The notes under the pieces were generated by a model that saw nothing but the letters and a program-made list of their open reading frames with translations, ran no database searches and was not told the DNA's origin. Position numbers and translations under genes: made by a program. Of a stretch of 64,000 nucleotides of DNA, positions 27,716-37,998 are shown piece by piece. Each line of letters begins with the position of its first letter. The first letter of the stretch is position 1. Location of the stretch: IMG/VR virus record IMGVR_UViG_3300020455_000616. The stretch is one strand, 5' to 3'. Source of the DNA: a virus.

Positions 27716-28637
27716 GATTCTCTTTATACCATTCAAAAGTTTTTTGTAGTCCTTCTTTGAGATCCAAGGTTGGTTCCCATCCAAGAGACTTAATTTTATC
27801 CACGTTGAGAACCTTCCTAGGTGTACCGTTAGGTTTACTAGTGTCCCAAACAATCTTGCCAGTGTAACCAACTACATCAGCAATAAGACCTGTGAGTTCT
27901 TTGATAGTCACATCAACGCCACTACCAACATTAATAATCTCATCAGAGTCATACTTATCCATGCAAGTATAACATGCCTCAGCAAGATCATCAATGTAAA
28001 GGAATTCTCTCATAGCAGATCCATCACCCCAACAAGCAAACTCAGGATCACCATTCTGTTTTGCATCATACATTCTACGCATGATACCTGGAATTACATG
28101 ACCGTGTTCTGGATGGAAGTTATCATTCTCACCATACAAGTTTGTTGGTTGTAATGCTATAGCATTGAATCCATATTGCTCACGATAAGCACGACACATC
28201 CTGATACCTGCTATCTTAGCAATAGCATAAGCATCATTAGTTGGTTCCAAAGTACCAGTCATCAACTGATCCTCTGTTATTGGTTGCTTTGCCATCTTAG
28301 GATAGATACAAGATGATCCTAAGAATACAAGTTTTTTAACACCGTGACGATAAGCAGCGTCTATGACATTTGTCTGAATCATCAGATTGTCATAGATGAA
28401 TTCTGCAGGGAATTTTTTATTACCTATAATACCACCGACCTTTGCGGCAGCAAGAAAAACATACTCTGGTTTTGATTGATCGAAGTAATGATCAACCTGA
28501 TTTCTATTTGTCAGGTCACAATTTTTTCTTCGTACCCAGAAAATGTTATTGTAATGTTTTGACTCTAGACTTCTAATAATGGCAGAACCAACTAGACCGT
28601 TGTGTCCTGCAACGAATACTTTAGAACTACTGTCCAT
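27702..28637 (-). CDS. fcl: GDP-L-fucose synthase
   Basis: [39 protein letters not shown]. Confidence 0.96.
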   Translation of the reverse strand: MDSSSKVFVAGHNGLVGSAIIRSLESKHYNNIFWVRRKNCDLTNRNQVDHYFDQSKPEYVFLAAAKVGGIIGNKKFPAEFIYDNLMIQTNVIDAAYRHGVKKLVFLGSSCIYPKMAKQPITEDQLMTGTLEPTNDAYAIAKIAGIRMCRAYREQYGFNAIALQPTNLYGENDNFHPEHGHVIPGIMRRMYDAKQNGDPEFACWGDGSAMREFLYIDDLAEACYTCMDKYDSDEIINVGSGVDVTIKELTGLIADVVGYTGKIVWDTSKPNGTPRKVLNVDKIKSLGWEPTLDLKEGLQKTFEWYKENHDRV

Positions 28638-29628
28638 AGATACACATATCCTCAATTAATTCATCAAAAGAGATCTTAGGTTCCCAACCCAATTCATCTT
28701 TTGCTTTACGAGCATCACCTAATAAAGTCTCAACTTCAGCAGGTCGATAATATTTATCACTGCATCGGATGACGGTTTTCCCACTAGCTTTGTCTATACC
28801 AACCTCATCTAATCCTTCTCCTTCCCACCTAAGATTGATTCCAAAATATACTGCTGCTTTCTCAGCAAACTCTTTAACACTATAGTCATGACCTGTAGCA
28901 ATAACATAATCTTTAGGTTGATCTTGTTGTAACATCAACCACATTGCTTCAACATAATCCTTAGCATGACCCCAGTCACGTCTTGCATTGATATTACCTA
29001 AGACAAGTTCCTTCTGTAAACCACATGAGATTTGAGATAAACCACGAGTAATCTTACGAGTTACAAAGGTCTCACCTCTACGTGGAGACTCATGATTAAA
29101 CAGAATACCAGAGCAAGCATACATTCCATATGACTCTCTATAATTCTTGATGATCCAATATCCATATAACTTTGCTACACCATAAGGTGAACGTGGATAG
29201 AATGGAGTCTCCTCAGTTTGTGGAGTCTCTTGAACCAATCCATATAATTCTGAAGTTGATGCCTGATAAACTTTGCAATTATCTTGCATCTCAAGAATCC
29301 TTACTGCTTCAAGAACTCTCAGAGTTCCCATAGCATCAACTAAACCTGTATACTCAGGCATCTCAAAAGATACTTTGACATGACTCTGTGCTGCGAGATT
29401 ATAAATTTCGTCTGGTTTAACTTTCTGTATTACGTGAATGATATTACCAGAGTCAGTCATGTCACCGAAGTGAAGAGTAATCTTGTCAAAGATATGATCT
29501 ATCCTATCTGTATTAATCATCGAAGAACGACGAACAATACCATGAACATCATATCCCTTCTCTAGAAGTAACTCCGCAAGGTAAGATCCATCCTGACCCG
29601 TGATTCCAGTTATTAAAGCTGTCTTCAT
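28627..29628 (-). CDS. gmd: GDP-mannose 4,6-dehydratase
   Basis: [45 protein letters not shown]. Confidence 0.98.
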   Translation of the reverse strand: MKTALITGITGQDGSYLAELLLEKGYDVHGIVRRSSMINTDRIDHIFDKITLHFGDMTDSGNIIHVIQKVKPDEIYNLAAQSHVKVSFEMPEYTGLVDAMGTLRVLEAVRILEMQDNCKVYQASTSELYGLVQETPQTEETPFYPRSPYGVAKLYGYWIIKNYRESYGMYACSGILFNHESPRRGETFVTRKITRGLSQISCGLQKELVLGNINARRDWGHAKDYVEAMWLMLQQDQPKDYVIATGHDYSVKEFAEKAAVYFGINLRWEGEGLDEVGIDKASGKTVIRCSDKYYRPAEVETLLGDARKAKDELGWEPKISFDELIEDMCIYGQ

Positions 29629-29687
29629 AGTATGGGCATTATATGATCTAAGTATAGCATAAATATCTCTACATAACAATTCATAAA

Positions 29688-30362
29688 GTGAGTAAAGTAA
29701 AGAGTATTGAAGTTGACGGATATCACTTCTATAAAGTTACTGATATATTTCCTAAGACTTTTTTAAAAAAGTTATACAAGTCTTCTGCTTATTGGTTAGA
29801 AAAAACTAGGAAGGATACTACAGAAGAAGTCTTCCCACCTGAAGCATCGGGAAGACTTTTTGAGCATGAAGAATTTAAGAACGATCCTATATGGATAAGA
29901 TATTATAATACCCTTGATGATATAGTAAAAGAATATAGTAAGTTAGTAGATATCCCTATGGATTATCTAAGTCGTCATGCCTCTTGGATTACTAGAGTTA
30001 AAGATTTAAACTTTCCTCATAAGATGGAAGTAGATTTAGTTGATAGACTAAGAAGACATTCTACTGAAGGCAACATGCATGCACATCTTGACTGTGATCC
30101 AGTAACTAGTGTATTCTATTTAAAGAATCCAGATAAAAAATATGGTACACTAATAAAAAAAGCAGGTGGAAAAAATATGTTAAACTTTGGTGAAGAGAAC
30201 TCAATAATTATATTTGATGGTCGATTATTCCATAGTGCAGTTTATCCTCCTATGACAATAACAAAAAAGTATCCTAGATATACTATCATAGCAGACTATG
30301 AATTTAAATATAGTATGCATGTTAGAGGAGAATCATTTAAACGGAGTAAACCAGCAGCATGA
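29688..30362 (+). CDS. Putative 2OG-Fe(II) oxygenase-like protein
   Basis: MHAH...FYLKNPD...[12 protein letters not shown]. Confidence 0.6.
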   Translation: MSKVKSIEVDGYHFYKVTDIFPKTFLKKLYKSSAYWLEKTRKDTTEEVFPPEASGRLFEHEEFKNDPIWIRYYNTLDDIVKEYSKLVDIPMDYLSRHASWITRVKDLNFPHKMEVDLVDRLRRHSTEGNMHAHLDCDPVTSVFYLKNPDKKYGTLIKKAGGKNMLNFGEENSIIIFDGRLFHSAVYPPMTITKKYPRYTIIADYEFKYSMHVRGESFKRSKPAA

Positions 30363-30373
30363 CATTATTATTA

Positions 30374-30481
30374 ATGTTTAAGAATAGAAAATTAAAAAAT
30401 TTATTACAAAAATCATTTCCAAAGAAGAAAATAACTATAATAGATAATAAGGACGGATCACAAACAATTTTAATATTATGA
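30374..30481 (+). CDS. Small basic protein (35 aa)
   Basis: Manual: MFKNRKLKNLLQKSFPKKKITIIDNKDGSQTILIL; ATGA-coupled. Confidence 0.55.
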   Translation: MFKNRKLKNLLQKSFPKKKITIIDNKDGSQTILIL

Positions 30482-30753
30482 ACGATTGGAGAGAATGGGG
30501 ATTATTATCCTCTATGTTAATAGTGGCAATCATGTGGGTACAAGTACCACAATGGGCAGATGACTGGGCAGTTTGTGCTGTAGATATACCTGACGCTCAG
30601 TGTCATTGGTATGTTATGTCACCCGACAATACATTTGGCGAAGGATTTGATTGGGAAGAAGCACCTTGGTTTGATGCCAATGGTCTTAATGATATAGCAC
30701 CAATAGGAAAGACAACTGTAATGGAAAAATTGCAAGATCAAGATGACATCTAA
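30478..30753 (+). CDS. Cyanophage hypothetical protein (Trp/Cys-rich)
   Basis: WVQVPQWADDWAVCAVDIPDAQCHWY. Confidence 0.75.
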   Translation: MNDWREWGLLSSMLIVAIMWVQVPQWADDWAVCAVDIPDAQCHWYVMSPDNTFGEGFDWEEAPWFDANGLNDIAPIGKTTVMEKLQDQDDI

Positions 30754-31420
30754 AGTACAAGTAAAAAAGTTTAATGATAATTATTTCTTAAACATACAAA
30801 ACTTCCTTCCAGAAGAAATCATAGAAGGACTACTAGGGGGTTGCGATGAACTAATTACAAAAATTAAAAAAGATCCTACTATTGAAGTGTTCCCTCCAGA
30901 AGCAACTTTGAATATTTTAAATGAAGTCAAAGATCAATATGTATGGAATACTTTATATGATAGAGTTAGATCAGGTATAGTTCAATATTGTAAGTTAGCA
31001 GATTTAAATTATAAGTATGTAAATTTTCATTCATCATGGGTCACAAGATATAATGGTCTACCAGAAGATGATCCCCTTGCAAAGAATAAAATAGATACCT
31101 TTACCCCATATAAAAATCTCCATAACCATGATAACAATCCTATAGGAGTAATCATCTATTTAAAAAATCCAGATCCAAAATATGGAACAATGGTTAAGGT
31201 AAGTGATAAGCAAATCTATATGCATCAAGGTGTAGAGAATACTGCTCTCATATATGATGCTAGACTATACCATAGTGCAATATATCCACCACTAAATGTT
31301 GTAGAAAAATATCCAAGGTATACAGTTGTTGTAGATACATTTATGAAGAAAACATATCATCCAACAAAAAGTTATGATAGGGAGTTTGATCCTACGGTAG
31401 TACCCAGTCAGGTGATCTAA
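30743..31420 (+). CDS. Putative 2OG-Fe(II) oxygenase-like protein (paralog of 29688)
   Basis: LHNHD...YLKNPDPKYG...YDARLYHSAIYP. Confidence 0.6.
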   Translation: MTSKVQVKKFNDNYFLNIQNFLPEEIIEGLLGGCDELITKIKKDPTIEVFPPEATLNILNEVKDQYVWNTLYDRVRSGIVQYCKLADLNYKYVNFHSSWVTRYNGLPEDDPLAKNKIDTFTPYKNLHNHDNNPIGVIIYLKNPDPKYGTMVKVSDKQIYMHQGVENTALIYDARLYHSAIYPPLNVVEKYPRYTVVVDTFMKKTYHPTKSYDREFDPTVVPSQVI

Positions 31421-32153
31421 GTTTTTGTCCAAAACCTTTAGCACCTTTAGGAAGAAGATCCCAAATATACCATTCAAATATAATATTAGTTGGTGGAGAA
31501 GTCTCTATATATTCTGGGTTATGTGGTAATACATTATAAGAAGGGAGGTTTGGATATATTAATATAGAATTCTCTTTCCCAATATGTCTGTATGTTTCTT
31601 TTCCGTTTTCAATATGAGTTCCATATGCTTGATCTTTATTTTGTAAGTAAAATACTGTTCTTATAAAAGGACACTTAACTTGTTTGTCAGTAAGAACTTT
31701 AGTATTACCTCTATTTTTATATCCTGTAATCATACCAGCATCTTTATTAACTCTCCATTCTTTAAGATCATATGAATCTCCAGACTCATACATTCTTCTC
31801 CATATAGTATGCTTCCAAGTTTGAGGATCTAAACCATCAAACATAGAATAACTTAATCGTTCAGCATAGCAAGAGAACGGTATCATAGAACTAGGATTTA
31901 TACCAACCTGTTCAGCATACTCATGAATACAATCTCTTACCTTTAAAACAAATATATTCCAACACCTATCAACATAAGGAAAATAAGAACTAGGACTTAA
32001 TGCTAATCCATGACAATCAATAATGCATTGTGTAACTTGTAGTATACCATTATCTGCATCATATAAGTTCTCTTCAAAATGTCTTTCTAATTTGTCAATT
32101 AGTTCTAATCTTATACCCTCAGAGAATAGATCACTTTTATTATAAAATTCCAT
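31392..32153 (-). CDS. Divergent paralog of the 29688/30743 family
   Basis: TVFYLQNKDQAYGT...ENSILIYP; His motifs absent. Confidence 0.55.
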   Translation of the reverse strand: MEFYNKSDLFSEGIRLELIDKLERHFEENLYDADNGILQVTQCIIDCHGLALSPSSYFPYVDRCWNIFVLKVRDCIHEYAEQVGINPSSMIPFSCYAERLSYSMFDGLDPQTWKHTIWRRMYESGDSYDLKEWRVNKDAGMITGYKNRGNTKVLTDKQVKCPFIRTVFYLQNKDQAYGTHIENGKETYRHIGKENSILIYPNLPSYNVLPHNPEYIETSPPTNIIFEWYIWDLLPKGAKGFGQKLRSPDWVLP

Positions 32154-32952
32154 AATGTTTAGGAGAATATAATGGAGATGGTTTTTTAAATCGACCTGAT
32201 TTCTTGGGGCACATTGCACAAACAGTCTCTGCCTTTCTGGAGAAGAACTTCTCTATATCTCCATCAGGACTTAATGGTATGTATTTAAGATATGGTTCCC
32301 ATTTATCTGAGAGATTATACTTTTCTTTTTGTAGAGGTAGGTATGCTAAAGGAGCACACTTATATATTTTATCTCTATACAGTTGGAAGTTCTCTTGTCC
32401 TGTAGGACAATTATCCCAACTCTCTTTGAAGTCATCACTTCCTATTGGTTCAATCGTAGGACCATAACCTACATATGCCTTTAACCAATAGTCAACTGCA
32501 TCATGTATAATATATTCCACACCCCAAGATTTAATTTTATCAATACATTTATCAAATAATTTTATATAATTATCATCATCAGAATGTTTTGTAATTGTAA
32601 GAACACAATTAGTATCAGATAATGCCTTGGGAAGATCAGGATGTTTATCAATCAATAAAGCATTAGTTACCAATTCAAATAACTGATCAGATTCTATACT
32701 CCAAATCTCTTTTGTCATATAGATGATTTCTATAATATCTTTATTCAATAATGGTTCACCACCAAGCATAGATAACTCCCTCGGTCTGATCTTATCAATC
32801 CAAGGGAGATACCAAGACTTTAATTCATCTACTGTAAAATTTTCTTTATAACCATCGTTAGTAAAATGTCCACATCCCTGACAAGTAAAGTTGCAGGAAT
32901 GTGTTACGTGCCATTCTAAATGTGGTACATCAATTACCTTGAACCTTTCCAT
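32140..32952 (-). CDS. Radical SAM protein
   Basis: CNFTCQGC, LGGEPLL, TNAL; extra C-terminal Cys (CPTG, YKCA, CAMCP). Confidence 0.9.
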   Translation of the reverse strand: MERFKVIDVPHLEWHVTHSCNFTCQGCGHFTNDGYKENFTVDELKSWYLPWIDKIRPRELSMLGGEPLLNKDIIEIIYMTKEIWSIESDQLFELVTNALLIDKHPDLPKALSDTNCVLTITKHSDDDNYIKLFDKCIDKIKSWGVEYIIHDAVDYWLKAYVGYGPTIEPIGSDDFKESWDNCPTGQENFQLYRDKIYKCAPLAYLPLQKEKYNLSDKWEPYLKYIPLSPDGDIEKFFSRKAETVCAMCPKKSGRFKKPSPLYSPKHYGIL

Positions 32953-33535
32953 TTTGTCCAGGTTTAAAATAATTCATACCACCATCTCCAGCATACCACC
33001 CAGTAGCAATATACTTAGTTTTGTTAGGTGGATTACCTCTATGTAAATGAGTAAAAGAACCTGGCCATATAGCGATCCTACCTTTCTTAGGAGTTACTTT
33101 AGTTTGTTGATATAAAAATTCTGTTTCACCACTATCATTAATATCATTAAAGTATACTGTCCAAGCAAGAGTACGAAGTTGTGCTTCCCATGTACTATCT
33201 TCAGCATGCCACGCATGATACCCTTCCATAGGTTCAGTCTTTTGAAGTAAAACTAATCCACTATAGAAATTGAAATTAGAAAGATATGGGTACTTATCCA
33301 TGTACATACCAAAGCAGTCATCAACACGTTCTTGTATATAATTTGCCTCACCAGGAGAAAAACTATTCAGTGCGATTTGTTTGTCTTGTTGTACTGGGTT
33401 ATTCCTATTAGCAATATATTTTGTAGTCTTCCAATAATCAATAATCCATTTAGAAAAATCGGGATCAAAGGCATTATCCCAGATCCCGATAAACTTATCC
33501 AAGTATGTTGTTTCTATCTCAGTTTTTTTATTCAT
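32930..33535 (-). CDS. 2OG-Fe(II) oxygenase
   Basis: YHAWHAE, YFNDINDSGETEF, FTHLHRG. Confidence 0.88.
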   Translation of the reverse strand: MNKKTEIETTYLDKFIGIWDNAFDPDFSKWIIDYWKTTKYIANRNNPVQQDKQIALNSFSPGEANYIQERVDDCFGMYMDKYPYLSNFNFYSGLVLLQKTEPMEGYHAWHAEDSTWEAQLRTLAWTVYFNDINDSGETEFLYQQTKVTPKKGRIAIWPGSFTHLHRGNPPNKTKYIATGWYAGDGGMNYFKPGQNGKVQGN

Positions 33536-33744
33536 ATCACTCCAATAAGATCCTCTGCAATACACTCCATAATATTATTGTAGTCTGCATCAGGATCTTC
33601 TCCTGATAATTCTACACCTTCACTCACATAATATCTCATAACTTTTTTATATAGTTTTGGATTTTTTATATCTAAATAAATTTCTTTGTTTGCAGCAGCA
33701 CGTAGAGTGCTTAGATCTTTTTTGAATTTAGAAGTGAGTGTCAT
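33532..33744 (-). CDS. Cyanophage hypothetical protein
   Basis: MTLTSKFKKDLSTLRAAAN; start reassigned. Confidence 0.75.
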   Translation of the reverse strand: MTLTSKFKKDLSTLRAAANKEIYLDIKNPKLYKKVMRYYVSEGVELSGEDPDADYNNIMECIAEDLIGVI

Positions 33745-33791
33745 TTCCTCGATGACTCTTTGTTTACTTTTATATATTATAGACGATACCG

Positions 33792-34016
33792 TTAGATATC
33801 GCAAGATGGTTCCCAACCCAAATGATTAGTATCTGCAGGTGGCCATTCTGGTTTTACTAATTTCCTTTCTACTACTCCAATGTTCCTCAACTCAAGGACT
33901 TCAAAGTCTCCTTCAATTTGATAAGTTCGTCCACGTCCACATTGACTCCATATTTCTTGGAAATTATCTTTGAAGTACTCCAAAGAAATTTTTTCAGTCT
34001 GTACTTGTGCGTTCAT
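33792..34016 (-). CDS. Hypothetical protein
   Basis: 74-aa ORF, ATGA-coupled. Confidence 0.65.
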   Translation of the reverse strand: MNAQVQTEKISLEYFKDNFQEIWSQCGRGRTYQIEGDFEVLELRNIGVVERKLVKPEWPPADTNHLGWEPSCDI

Positions 34017-34738
34017 TGTTCGATCTCCTCATCGAGAACTTCCTGCATGCAGGAGTATTTACATTTTTGACCTAGGTACTCTGTACTATTCCAATCGACA
34101 GGTCGCCAATGGAAGTACATGTTCCTATAAAACTTACCCAAGAATGGTGTATTTCTTGAGTGAGGACATAAGCTTTCATAAAAAAGCATATCTCCTTTTT
34201 CAAATGTTACCCTATGTATAACTTTATCATGATCAACAAATTCCAAAGGCCACTTAGTTTCTTCAGGACTCTCATCAATAAAAATTATAATACTGATAAC
34301 ATGAGTCTCTGCCTTATCTCTATGAATTGATAGAATGGAATTTGGAATGTATTCCCTTATACCATATCCAGCAGAGAACTCAAGGTCTACCCCACTCCAC
34401 TCTTCCATTAATGGTTGTAATTGCTTACTCCATTTTTGAATAAGATCTTGTGGTAGTGTAGACCTCTTATAATACACCTCTTCTGGTTTTTTTGCAAACC
34501 TAACTGCTATAGATCCACCAACAACATACTCACCATAATCCTCATCAAATCCTCTCTCATCATTAATCTCTTCTCCAAACTTACACCTACTATAATGCTC
34601 CATGATATCTGCGTAGATATCATCAGGAATTTTTACTTTCTTAAATCCTTCTTTAGTAAACCGAGGCCATTTAACTGAAGGTCTCCAATTACTTTTTTTA
34701 CCTTCCCAACCTTGATTCTCACCAAAAAATTCAGGCAT
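34013..34738 (-). CDS. 2OG-Fe(II) oxygenase (prolyl-hydroxylase-like)
   Basis: LSIHRD, GDMLFYES...HSR. Confidence 0.8.
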   Translation of the reverse strand: MPEFFGENQGWEGKKSNWRPSVKWPRFTKEGFKKVKIPDDIYADIMEHYSRCKFGEEINDERGFDEDYGEYVVGGSIAVRFAKKPEEVYYKRSTLPQDLIQKWSKQLQPLMEEWSGVDLEFSAGYGIREYIPNSILSIHRDKAETHVISIIIFIDESPEETKWPLEFVDHDKVIHRVTFEKGDMLFYESLCPHSRNTPFLGKFYRNMYFHWRPVDWNSTEYLGQKCKYSCMQEVLDEEIEQ

Positions 34739-34740
34739 GA

Positions 34741-35355
34741 CTACCTCAACTTAGGACCATACATCCAAGTTACAAGAGACACTCTTCTACCTTTAGTTAC
34801 TTTCTTTACCTTATGAGGAACTCTAGAATCAAAAACTATAATAGTACCTTTTTCTTTTGGAGTATTAATTTCATTACCATGATAATCTATGAAGACTAAA
34901 TCACCACCATCATACTCACTAGGATCTGTTACTAAAACACTGGCACTTAACTTACGTGTCCAGTTCTGTTTAGTAGATGTTCCATAATCACTATGCCATC
35001 CATAGTGACCACCCTCCTGATACACAGAGATTTGAATACTCTCAAGAGTATTTAAATCGTATTGCCACGTTCTTTTATTTGCTAGATTTATATAATGTGA
35101 TATAACACTATTTGCCCAGTGATCTTCATACCACCAATTAACTTTAGAATTACGTACAGTAAGATCATTTCTTCCATACTGGTCACCACCAACACCAGCA
35201 TCCTCAAATGGAACTCTATCTTCTTCCATCTGTTTAAGTTCCTTTACCATGAGATCCACTAACTCAGGTGGAAGTTTCTCTTGCCAAAAAACTACTGGGG
35301 AATCCGCAACTACATGAGGCTCAATACTTAAACCATGCTCTCGATCACTTGCCAT
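34741..35355 (-). CDS. 2OG-Fe(II) oxygenase, PKHD/P4H type
   Basis: YGWHSD, RKLS, YDGGDL, FDSRVPHKV, RRVSLVTW. Confidence 0.92.
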   Translation of the reverse strand: MASDREHGLSIEPHVVADSPVVFWQEKLPPELVDLMVKELKQMEEDRVPFEDAGVGGDQYGRNDLTVRNSKVNWWYEDHWANSVISHYINLANKRTWQYDLNTLESIQISVYQEGGHYGWHSDYGTSTKQNWTRKLSASVLVTDPSEYDGGDLVFIDYHGNEINTPKEKGTIIVFDSRVPHKVKKVTKGRRVSLVTWMYGPKLR

Positions 35356-35394
35356 ATCATACCTTAATATAACGATATTTTACATTCAAGATTG

Positions 35395-35979
35395 TTACTT
35401 GTCAATCTCTGCTTTTATATATGAGACGATAAGGACTCCTCTTCTACCACTACTTTTATTATATGCATAATGCTCTCCTTCCTCATCAAATATATTTAAA
35501 TCACCGTTGCCTAGTAATCTAGTCTCACCACCACATATCAATGCACTATCACCATCCTCTGGTATGTCTAAAGATAGATGAAATTTATATACTGTAGAAT
35601 CCATATACTGAGGATCTATTCTCTTATCTCCATCAGCATGAGGATCTAACTCTGCACCTGGTTCTAGTATAGAGAAGACTGCAAGAATTGGTTTTATATC
35701 CTGTGCTAAGAGTAAATCAGTGGTAAAGGAATGTCTTACTTCTAATGGTGTAAGTTTGATTTCTTTACGACTAAAAACTAAAGGACATACTTGCCACATG
35801 TATCCAGTATACTCTGGAATAAAAGATTCAAAATCAGTAGCGTCGGCAGTAAGATTATAATTATGAGAGTAATCAAAAAAGTATTGCATATCCCTGAATC
35901 GGATATAGTCCTGTTTAATCTTGTCTAGATTATCGGTAAAGATCTTAGGATCTATTTTTGTTACTTCGTTAATAAACAT
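35395..35979 (-). CDS. Asp/Asn beta-hydroxylase-like oxygenase
   Basis: FSILEPGAELDPHAD, FDEEGEHYAYN, RGVLIV. Confidence 0.8.
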   Translation of the reverse strand: MFINEVTKIDPKIFTDNLDKIKQDYIRFRDMQYFFDYSHNYNLTADATDFESFIPEYTGYMWQVCPLVFSRKEIKLTPLEVRHSFTTDLLLAQDIKPILAVFSILEPGAELDPHADGDKRIDPQYMDSTVYKFHLSLDIPEDGDSALICGGETRLLGNGDLNIFDEEGEHYAYNKSSGRRGVLIVSYIKAEIDK

Positions 35980-35980
35980 T

Positions 35981-36583
35981 TTAGATTGGTTGTAAATTGT
36001 AATCCTCATCATAGATGGCATACTGCATACCATCTTCTTTAACATCACCAAAATTGAATACTTTTTTTGATAGAACGCTTCTCTGAATAGTTCCTTGCTG
36101 TTCAGATTCTTTGGTGTGACCTAAATCAAATTTAATCCCAAGTGGATCAGAGACAATTATATCTCCAGGTTCTCCCTTAAGTCCTGCCATACCAGAGTCA
36201 GTTCCTATTAACAACTCTTTCATTTTTCTAAAACTACTGATAGCAATTTTAGCACGTTCTTTGGGGGTGAACTCCCTTGGATCTACAAGGTATTTAACAT
36301 CCCATCCAACGTCACCAACTCTACCTGGTTCTGGATACCTAATATTTTGGATTAGATGTTTAATCTTATCCGTAACTTTAGAAGGAGAATGTTTAGATCT
36401 TAACTGTTCATATTCAAGGTTGATATAAGTTAATTTATTCTTATACTCAATTACATAAGGACAAACAACTATTCCATTACCCCTAAACTCAAAGGCAAAC
36501 TTTGTCCCAACCTTAAGTTGAACTCCTTCAATTGGTGAATCATCTTCATACCCTAGGGTCTTTATATAATCATGAATATTCAT
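35981..36583 (-). CDS. Hypothetical protein
   Basis: 200-aa ORF in operon. Confidence 0.75.
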   Translation of the reverse strand: MNIHDYIKTLGYEDDSPIEGVQLKVGTKFAFEFRGNGIVVCPYVIEYKNKLTYINLEYEQLRSKHSPSKVTDKIKHLIQNIRYPEPGRVGDVGWDVKYLVDPREFTPKERAKIAISSFRKMKELLIGTDSGMAGLKGEPGDIIVSDPLGIKFDLGHTKESEQQGTIQRSVLSKKVFNFGDVKEDGMQYAIYDEDYNLQPI

Positions 36584-36825
36584 CGTACTTCAAAATCCAA
36601 TCGTTTAACTTTTCTTCTCTTCCTATTTTCTTGCCACTCTAATTCTTCTTTACTGAGTGTGGTCTCTTCCACGCCATGAATGTGGTTAAGCATAACAACA
36701 CTACTAAGATCCTTAGCACTCACACTCTCGTCACTCACAATCATTTGATTGGAACAACCGCAGCACTGAGGTTTCTTAGAACTTGCTAATTCCACTCCAC
36801 ACATCTTACACCTAACTAACATCAT
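36580..36825 (-). CDS. Zn-finger-like protein
   Basis: CKMC...CCGC. Confidence 0.75.
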   Translation of the reverse strand: MMLVRCKMCGVELASSKKPQCCGCSNQMIVSDESVSAKDLSSVVMLNHIHGVEETTLSKEELEWQENRKRRKVKRLDFEVR

Positions 36826-37021
36826 CTTCTTCTACCTCCGTTTCAAACTCTGTGATAGCATCAACAGGAACTTCTGCTTTTCCTATACGATACCAATGAA
36901 CCATATCACCTGTTTTATAACTAGGACGCTCTCCAATATATTCTAAATCAGGAAAATTATTCTCCCTGAGTACTGCTTGAAGTCGGTAGTGTAGTAGATC
37001 TTCTCTTGTTGGCATACCCAA
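36812..37021 (-). CDS. Hypothetical protein
   Basis: 69-aa ORF. Confidence 0.7.
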   Translation of the reverse strand: MGMPTREDLLHYRLQAVLRENNFPDLEYIGERPSYKTGDMVHWYRIGKAEVPVDAITEFETEVEEDDVS

Positions 37022-37457
37022 AACTCAAACTAATTCGTGGACCTTTATTACATATCGGATTATGATATGTATACGCAGGAATAAAAAGACTATCACCTGG
37101 TTCTAGATGTGCATATGTACCATCATCAAAACCATATGTCATTTTACCTCTTGCTTGTACTATAATAACATCCGTATCATCATTGTGTCTACCATAGGTA
37201 GGTGCTCCTCTAATGAATGAAGCGTACACATGCATGCTATTGATACCAGATTCCTGAAGATCAACCTCTTCAAGAGCAGGATAAAGTGTACCAGGAAAAT
37301 AATTCTCACTGAAAGTAAAAAGAGAAGGAAACGTACCGCTTCCTTCACCAACAATTCTACAACGATCAGAGGAAAGATCGTGATCCATTTTATCAATCAC
37401 ATCATCCCATGTTACCTTCTTACACTTTTGGAACCTATTTTTAGTTAGTTCGTACAT
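36957..37457 (-). CDS. Cupin/JmjC-like oxygenase
   Basis: YGRHNDD, IVQARG, LEPGDSLFIP...YHNP. Confidence 0.8.
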   Translation of the reverse strand: MYELTKNRFQKCKKVTWDDVIDKMDHDLSSDRCRIVGEGSGTFPSLFTFSENYFPGTLYPALEEVDLQESGINSMHVYASFIRGAPTYGRHNDDTDVIIVQARGKMTYGFDDGTYAHLEPGDSLFIPAYTYHNPICNKGPRISLSFGYANKRRSTTLPTSSSTQGE

Positions 37458-37474
37458 GTTTAAAAAGAGTGTGT

Positions 37475-37644
37475 GGGAGGTTGGATTTCTGTATTACCAA
37501 CAAAGAACGGGCATTACTACAGTAGTAAATTTTACGTCCTTGCTTGAGACCCGACTGGTAAGTCGATTCTGCTCTCGCAGCAGCACCACCTGTGTCTCAT
37601 CACCTTAACCAGCTATATGCCAGAAAGTTTATTCAGTCACTCCC
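37475..37644 (-). ncRNA. Large structured RNA, manA-motif-like
   Basis: Terminal GGGAG/CUCCC helix; internal CUGGCAU/AUGCC, CUGC-GAGA-GCAG, GAGAC/GUCUC, GUUGG/CCAAC pairings; name from recall of the cyanophage manA RNA. Confidence 0.7.
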
Positions 37645-37672
37645 TTGTCAAGACCGTCGCCTCAACAAATGT

Positions 37673-37701
37673 ATTATATCAGGGTGTCTACTGGTTGTCA
37701 A
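37673..37701 (-). promoter_or_regulatory. Sigma70 promoter for the structured RNA
   Basis: Perfect TTGACA-N17-TATAAT. Confidence 0.85.
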
Positions 37702-37993
37702 GCCATTCTTTTTTTTCACGTTTGGGCATGAAGTGATCTTCAAACTTCTGTGTCTTCTTCCTGCCTGTAGGCATTCCAGTGACAACATCTAGTTCTCCAC
37801 TATGTGCTTCAGAATGCTTGTATAAAAATTCCGATTGAGCATTCTTCTCCATTACCTGAGGTAAGATAGAATTCTCATCATCTCCAATCTGTTGTGCAAT
37901 ATATTTTTGGAACCCAGAAATATTATCAGCACCAAAATCTCCGAGGTCTTCCCTGTTGACGTGCTTAATACCTTGCTGTTTGTCTAAATCCAT
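37688..37993 (-). CDS. Hypothetical protein
   Basis: 101-aa ORF. Confidence 0.7.
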   Translation of the reverse strand: MDLDKQQGIKHVNREDLGDFGADNISGFQKYIAQQIGDDENSILPQVMEKNAQSEFLYKHSEAHSGELDVVTGMPTGRKKTQKFEDHFMPKREKKEWLDNQ

Positions 37994-37998
37994 AATTG

